From: Deferribacter thermophilus
GTDB lineage: Bacteria; Chrysiogenota; Deferribacteres; Deferribacterales; Deferribacteraceae
Reading direction: 5' to 3'
DNA length: 64,000 nucleotides
NCBI RefSeq assembly: GCF_049472675.1
Contig: NZ_JAPNXM010000007.1
Coordinates: 25,521 to 89,520, forward strand
Positions 59,735 to 64,000 of this stretch are shown here, piece by piece. The stretch's first letter is position 1. Every line of letters begins with the position of its first letter. The notes beneath the pieces were generated by a model, which did not search any database, was not told the origin of the DNA, and saw nothing but the letters and a program-made list of their open reading frames with translations. The translations under genes and the position numbers were made by a program.

Positions 59735-60664
59735 ATGAGTTTTACAAAAACTGACCTTATTGGTTTAAAAGATTTAACAAAAAAAGAAATACTTTTTATT
59801 TTAGAAACTGCAGAAAAATTTAAAGAAATTAATCAAAGAGATGTAAAAAAAGTCCCTACACTAAAAGGGAAAACTATTGTTAACCTTTTTTTTGAACCTT
59901 CAACAAGGACAAGAACTTCATTTGAAATCGCTGGAAAAAGATTATCTGCAGATACAATAAATTTTTCTGCATCATCAAGTAGCACATCAAAAGGTGAAAC
60001 ACTCATAGATACAGTCAAAAATATAGAATCTATGAATGCTGATATGTTTGTAGTAAGACACGCTTTTTCTGGTTCTGTAAAATTTATAGCAGAAAACACG
60101 AAAGCAAATGTAGTAAACGCTGGTGACGGAACAAATGAGCATCCCACTCAAGCTTTACTTGATCTACTCACAATAAAAGAGCATAAAAAAACCTTTGAAG
60201 GGCTTAATGTGGCAATAATTGGTGATATTGATCACAGTAGGGTTGCAAGATCCAATTTGTGGGGGATGAGTAAATTAGGAATAAATGTAAGATTATATGG
60301 ACCCAAAACAATGCTATCAGAATATTTCAAAACTTTTGATTGTAAAGTATGTTCAAATATTGAGGAAGCTGTGGATAATGCAGATGTAATTATGATGTTA
60401 AGGATTCAGCGTGAAAGGCAATCAAATCTATTATTACCTTCACTAAGGGAATATTCCAAGTTTTTTGGATTAAATAAAAAATTATTATCTCTTGCTAAAA
60501 AAGATGCAATTATTATGCACCCTGGTCCTATCAATAGAGGTGTTGAGCTGCCATCAATTCTTGCAGATTCTAAACAATCTGTAATTTTAGAACAAGTGGA
60601 AAATGGTGTTGCAGTAAGAATGGCAGTATTGTATCTACTATCACTAAATAAAAAGGGGGAATAA
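59735..60664 (+). CDS. pyrB: Aspartate carbamoyltransferase catalytic subunit
   Basis: STRTR and HPxQ motifs. 309 aa. Confidence 0.9.
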   Translation: MSFTKTDLIGLKDLTKKEILFILETAEKFKEINQRDVKKVPTLKGKTIVNLFFEPSTRTRTSFEIAGKRLSADTINFSASSSSTSKGETLIDTVKNIESMNADMFVVRHAFSGSVKFIAENTKANVVNAGDGTNEHPTQALLDLLTIKEHKKTFEGLNVAIIGDIDHSRVARSNLWGMSKLGINVRLYGPKTMLSEYFKTFDCKVCSNIEEAVDNADVIMMLRIQRERQSNLLLPSLREYSKFFGLNKKLLSLAKKDAIIMHPGPINRGVELPSILADSKQSVILEQVENGVAVRMAVLYLLSLNKKGE

Positions 60665-60665
60665 G

Positions 60666-61937
60666 ATGCTAGTTTTAAAAAATTGCAAAATTATTAACTT
60701 TGACAATATATTAGAAAATTTTAACATTATTATAGAAAATAATATAATTAAAGATATAACAAAAGAAACTCCAGAAAATTGTGAAATTATTGACTGTTCT
60801 GGATTGATCGCCGTTCCAGGTCTTATCGATATGCATGTTCATTTCAGAGATCCTGGGCTGGAATATAAAGAAGATATAAAATCTGGTAGTGAAGCAGCGG
60901 TAGCTGGAGGAGTTACCACTTGTCTTCCAATGGCTAATACAAAGCCTGTTAATGATAATAGTTCTATTACCAAATATATGGTTGAAAAAGCAAAGGGAAT
61001 TGGACTGATTGATCTTTATCCAGTTGCTGCAATCACAAAAGGGATGAAAGGTGAAGAATTAACAGAAATGGGTGACACTTTAGAAGCAGGAGCAATTGCT
61101 TTTTCTGATGATGGACTTCCTGTAATGAATTCAGAAGTTATGAGAAGAGCTTTAGAATACGCTTCTCAGTTTGGTTCTTTTATAATTAGTCATGCGGAAG
61201 ATAAACATTTAGCAGGAAAAGGTGTTATAAATGAAGGTAAAATTTCCACAATTACTGGTTTAGCAGGTATACCTGCAGAAGCAGAAGAGATTATGATAGC
61301 AAGGGATATCTTGTTAGCAAAACTTACTAAATCACATGTACATATAGCTCATGTAAGTACAAAAGGGAGTATTGAATTAATAAGATGGGCTAAAAAAATG
61401 GGAATAAATGTTACAGCTGAAGCTGCTCCTCATCACTTTACACTAACGGATGATTATCTCACCAATTATGATACAAATTATAAAATGAATCCACCACTTA
61501 GAACAAAAGAGGATAAAGAAGCAATTATTGAAGCATTAAAAGATGGGACTATAGATGTAATAGCAACAGACCATGCTCCACATCATAAAGATGAAAAATT
61601 TGTAGAGTTTGACAATGCTGCTTTTGGGATTACTGGATTACAAACTTTAATCCCTTTAACTTTAAAATTAGTTGAAGAAGGAAAGATTGATTTGAAAAAA
61701 TTTGTTGAACTTACATCTTATAAACCTGCACAAATTCTTAAATTAAACGACAGAGGCTATATTATTAAAGGTAAAAAAGCTGACATAACTTTAATTGATA
61801 TAAATAAAGAATACATTTTTGACGACAAAATAAACAAATCAAAATCTACAAATTCGCCATTTTTTGGGAAAAAGTTAAAAGGGGCTGCAATTTACACAAT
61901 TAAAAACGGAAAAATAGTTTATACATTTAAATGTTAA
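60666..61937 (+). CDS. pyrC: Dihydroorotase (multimeric type)
   Basis: DMHVHFRDPG metal-binding motif. 423 aa. Confidence 0.85.
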   Translation: MLVLKNCKIINFDNILENFNIIIENNIIKDITKETPENCEIIDCSGLIAVPGLIDMHVHFRDPGLEYKEDIKSGSEAAVAGGVTTCLPMANTKPVNDNSSITKYMVEKAKGIGLIDLYPVAAITKGMKGEELTEMGDTLEAGAIAFSDDGLPVMNSEVMRRALEYASQFGSFIISHAEDKHLAGKGVINEGKISTITGLAGIPAEAEEIMIARDILLAKLTKSHVHIAHVSTKGSIELIRWAKKMGINVTAEAAPHHFTLTDDYLTNYDTNYKMNPPLRTKEDKEAIIEALKDGTIDVIATDHAPHHKDEKFVEFDNAAFGITGLQTLIPLTLKLVEEGKIDLKKFVELTSYKPAQILKLNDRGYIIKGKKADITLIDINKEYIFDDKINKSKSTNSPFFGKKLKGAAIYTIKNGKIVYTFKC

Positions 61938-61938
61938 A

Positions 61939-62862
61939 ATGAAGAAAACACCTCTATTATTAAGTAAAGATATATCAAAGAGTTTTAAAGTTACCAATAG
62001 TTTTTTTTCAAAAAGCAATTTATCTGTAAATGCACTTAAAAATGTGACACTCAAAATTTACCCAAAAGAAATTGTAGGATTGGTGGGAGAGTCTGGAAGT
62101 GGTAAATCAACTTTAGCAAAAATTTTAGCTGATATCTACAAACCAGATAACGGCAAAGTTTTATATAAAGGGAAAAGCCTAACTGATTGCTACAATGAGT
62201 ACCGCAAAAATGTTCAAATGGTTTTTCAAGATCCCTATTCCAGTCTTAACCCAAAACTAAAAATAATAAATACATTAAAAGATGGGGTATCCAATTATAT
62301 TACAAGCAATAAAGATGAATTAAAAAATATCTGCAGCAAATTAATTAGATCTGTAGGTCTTGAAGAAGATCATCTTTACCGCTACCCACATCAATTCTCT
62401 GGTGGGCAACGACAAAGAATCTCTATAGCTAGAGCACTTTCTACTGACCCAGAATTAATACTTGCTGATGAACCTGTTAGTGCATTAGATGTATCTGTAC
62501 AGGCAGAAATACTGAATCTTTTTAAAAAGTTAAATGTTGAAAAAGGTAAAAGTATACTGCTCATCTCACACGATTTAGCAGTTGTATATTTTCTATGCAG
62601 TTATATCTATGTAATTTATAAAGGGGTTATTGTTGAACATGGAAAAACTGAAAAAATAATAAAATCACCCAAACACCCTTATACAAAACAGCTCATACTA
62701 TCTAAAGATTTAAAAGATTACAGCGTAAAAAAAGAGATAATTAAAGACAGTTTCTGTCCATTTGCAGACAAATGTCCCAACTACAGCTCAAATTGTGAAA
62801 AAACGCTTAAAGAAGTAAAAATATCAAATGGACACTTCATTAAATGTCACAACATAAAATGA
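61939..62862 (+). CDS. ABC transporter ATP-binding protein (Opp/Dpp F-type) without adjacent permease or substrate-binding protein genes
   Basis: Walker A GESGSGKST, LSGGQRQR signature, and a C-terminal Cys-rich tail. Confidence 0.8.
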   Translation: MKKTPLLLSKDISKSFKVTNSFFSKSNLSVNALKNVTLKIYPKEIVGLVGESGSGKSTLAKILADIYKPDNGKVLYKGKSLTDCYNEYRKNVQMVFQDPYSSLNPKLKIINTLKDGVSNYITSNKDELKNICSKLIRSVGLEEDHLYRYPHQFSGGQRQRISIARALSTDPELILADEPVSALDVSVQAEILNLFKKLNVEKGKSILLISHDLAVVYFLCSYIYVIYKGVIVEHGKTEKIIKSPKHPYTKQLILSKDLKDYSVKKEIIKDSFCPFADKCPNYSSNCEKTLKEVKISNGHFIKCHNIK

Positions 62863-62925
62863 TTGATTAAACAAAAAACTTTTATATACTAAAAAGATAA
62901 ATTCTATTATCTAAAGGGGTTAAAA

Positions 62926-64000
62926 ATGTTGAAAGTATTTAATACCTTAACTGGGAAAAAAGAAGAGTTTGTTCCATTAGTTGAAAATAAAGTTAGAATG
63001 TATGTCTGTGGTGTAACAGTTTATGACTACTGTCATATAGGGCATGCAAGAAGCTCTGTAGTTTTTGATATAATCAGAAGATACCTTATTTATAAAGGGT
63101 ATGATGTAACTTTTGTCAAAAACTTTACTGATATTGATGATAAAATAATTAAAAGAAGTAATGAAGAAAATATCCACTGGAAAGAGCTAACAGAAAAATT
63201 TATTAAAGAACACGATTATGACATGGAAAAATTAAACATATTGCCACCTGATCTCACCCCCAAAGCTACAGAATTCATAGATGAAATGATTAAACTGTGC
63301 GAAAAATTGATTGAAAAAGGGTATGCATATGTTGTCGACGGGGATGTTTATTATCGTGTTGAAAAATTTAAAGAATATGGAAAACTATCTAAAAGAAATT
63401 TAGATGAGTTGATGGCTGGTGCAAGAGTAGAAGTTGATGAAAGAAAAGAGAACCCTCTTGATTTTGCCCTATGGAAGAAAAGTAAAGAGAATGAACCATA
63501 CTGGGTAAGCCCTTGGGGGAAAGGGAGACCAGGCTGGCATATAGAATGTAGCGTAATGAGTGCAAAATTATTAGGAATCCCTTTTGATATTCATGGTGGA
63601 GGAAAGGACCTAATATTTCCTCATCATGAAAATGAAATCGCTCAAAGTGAAGCAGCAGAAGAAAAGATGTTTGCAAAATATTGGATTCATAACGGTTTTG
63701 TAAATATTAACAAAGAAAAAATGTCAAAATCTCTTGGCAACTTTTTTACAATAAGAGACATAATTAAAGAATTTGACCCTGAAGTTTTAAGATTTTTTCT
63801 TTTGACTACTCACTATCGTAGCCCAATAGACTTTTCATTTGACCATTTGATAGAATCTGAACAATCTTTAAATAGAATCTATACCTTTTTAGATGATCTT
63901 GAACACTATGTTTTATCTAAAAAAGGTAAAAATTATTTAGAAGAAGCAAATAAAATCTTTGAAAATTTCAAAAATGAATTTGAAACAAGTATGGATGACG
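62926..64000 (+). CDS. cysS: Cysteine--tRNA ligase, 5' part; continues beyond the window end
   Basis: HIGH motif (CHIGHAR) near the N-terminus and KMSKS (KMSKSLGN) at about 63720. Open to the window end. Confidence 0.85.
   Translation, partial: MLKVFNTLTGKKEEFVPLVENKVRMYVCGVTVYDYCHIGHARSSVVFDIIRRYLIYKGYDVTFVKNFTDIDDKIIKRSNEENIHWKELTEKFIKEHDYDMEKLNILPPDLTPKATEFIDEMIKLCEKLIEKGYAYVVDGDVYYRVEKFKEYGKLSKRNLDELMAGARVEVDERKENPLDFALWKKSKENEPYWVSPWGKGRPGWHIECSVMSAKLLGIPFDIHGGGKDLIFPHHENEIAQSEAAEEKMFAKYWIHNGFVNINKEKMSKSLGNFFTIRDIIKEFDPEVLRFFLLTTHYRSPIDFSFDHLIESEQSLNRIYTFLDDLEHYVLSKKGKNYLEEANKIFENFKNEFETSMDD

Overview
The window is a 64 kb chromosomal segment from a very AT-rich bacterium (roughly one-third GC by eye). 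The organism is probably a diderm with chemotaxis and type IV pili, judged from lipobox lipoproteins, CsgG-like and LPP20/FlgP-like envelope proteins, a prepilin/PilY1 operon and a c-heme CxxCH motif in a periplasmic sensor. Coding density is about 90% on both strands. Many genes are translationally coupled through overlapping start and stop codons, and there are several clear rho-independent terminators.

Recognisable housekeeping genes include panBCD, pyrR-pyrB-pyrC, asd, serA, fbp, trpB2, coaBC, gmk, rpoZ, murJ, dtd, ihf/hu, cspA, elbB, nfi, queH and cysS (partial at the 3' end of the window).

The most notable content is:
- A five-gene envelope operon (15840-22051): a CsgG-like lipoprotein, a TPR lipoprotein, two LPP20/FlgP-like secreted proteins (one with a long Q/P-rich disordered region) and a TPR-SpoIID/LytB protein. 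I read this as a candidate uncharacterised outer-membrane or periplasmic complex.
- A translationally coupled operon (10942-14833): nfo, an isochorismatase-family hydrolase, a two-domain APH-like/P-loop kinase and an MBL-fold hydrolase.
- A methyl-accepting chemotaxis protein whose periplasmic domain carries a single CxxCH heme-c motif, directly downstream of a hemerythrin gene.
- A DUF4258/DUF2283 toxin-antitoxin-like pair flanked by a dispersed palindromic repeat family. At two other loci the same repeat sits inside roughly 150-230 bp elements bounded by terminal inverted repeats, which look like miniature inverted-repeat transposable elements.
- A pilY1(vWA)-minor-pilin operon with an in-frame (AAT)9 tract, next to a two-component system.
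- An acetyl-CoA-synthetase-like protein with a degenerate P-loop and a Glu in place of the catalytic Lys.
- Near-identical hairpin/U-tract elements directly abutting the start codons of the divergent panBCD and pyrR operons.
- Two genes interrupted by single-nucleotide frameshifts (nfo and hemerythrin) and a 5'-truncated prmA-like methyltransferase.

I found no rRNA, tRNA or CRISPR.
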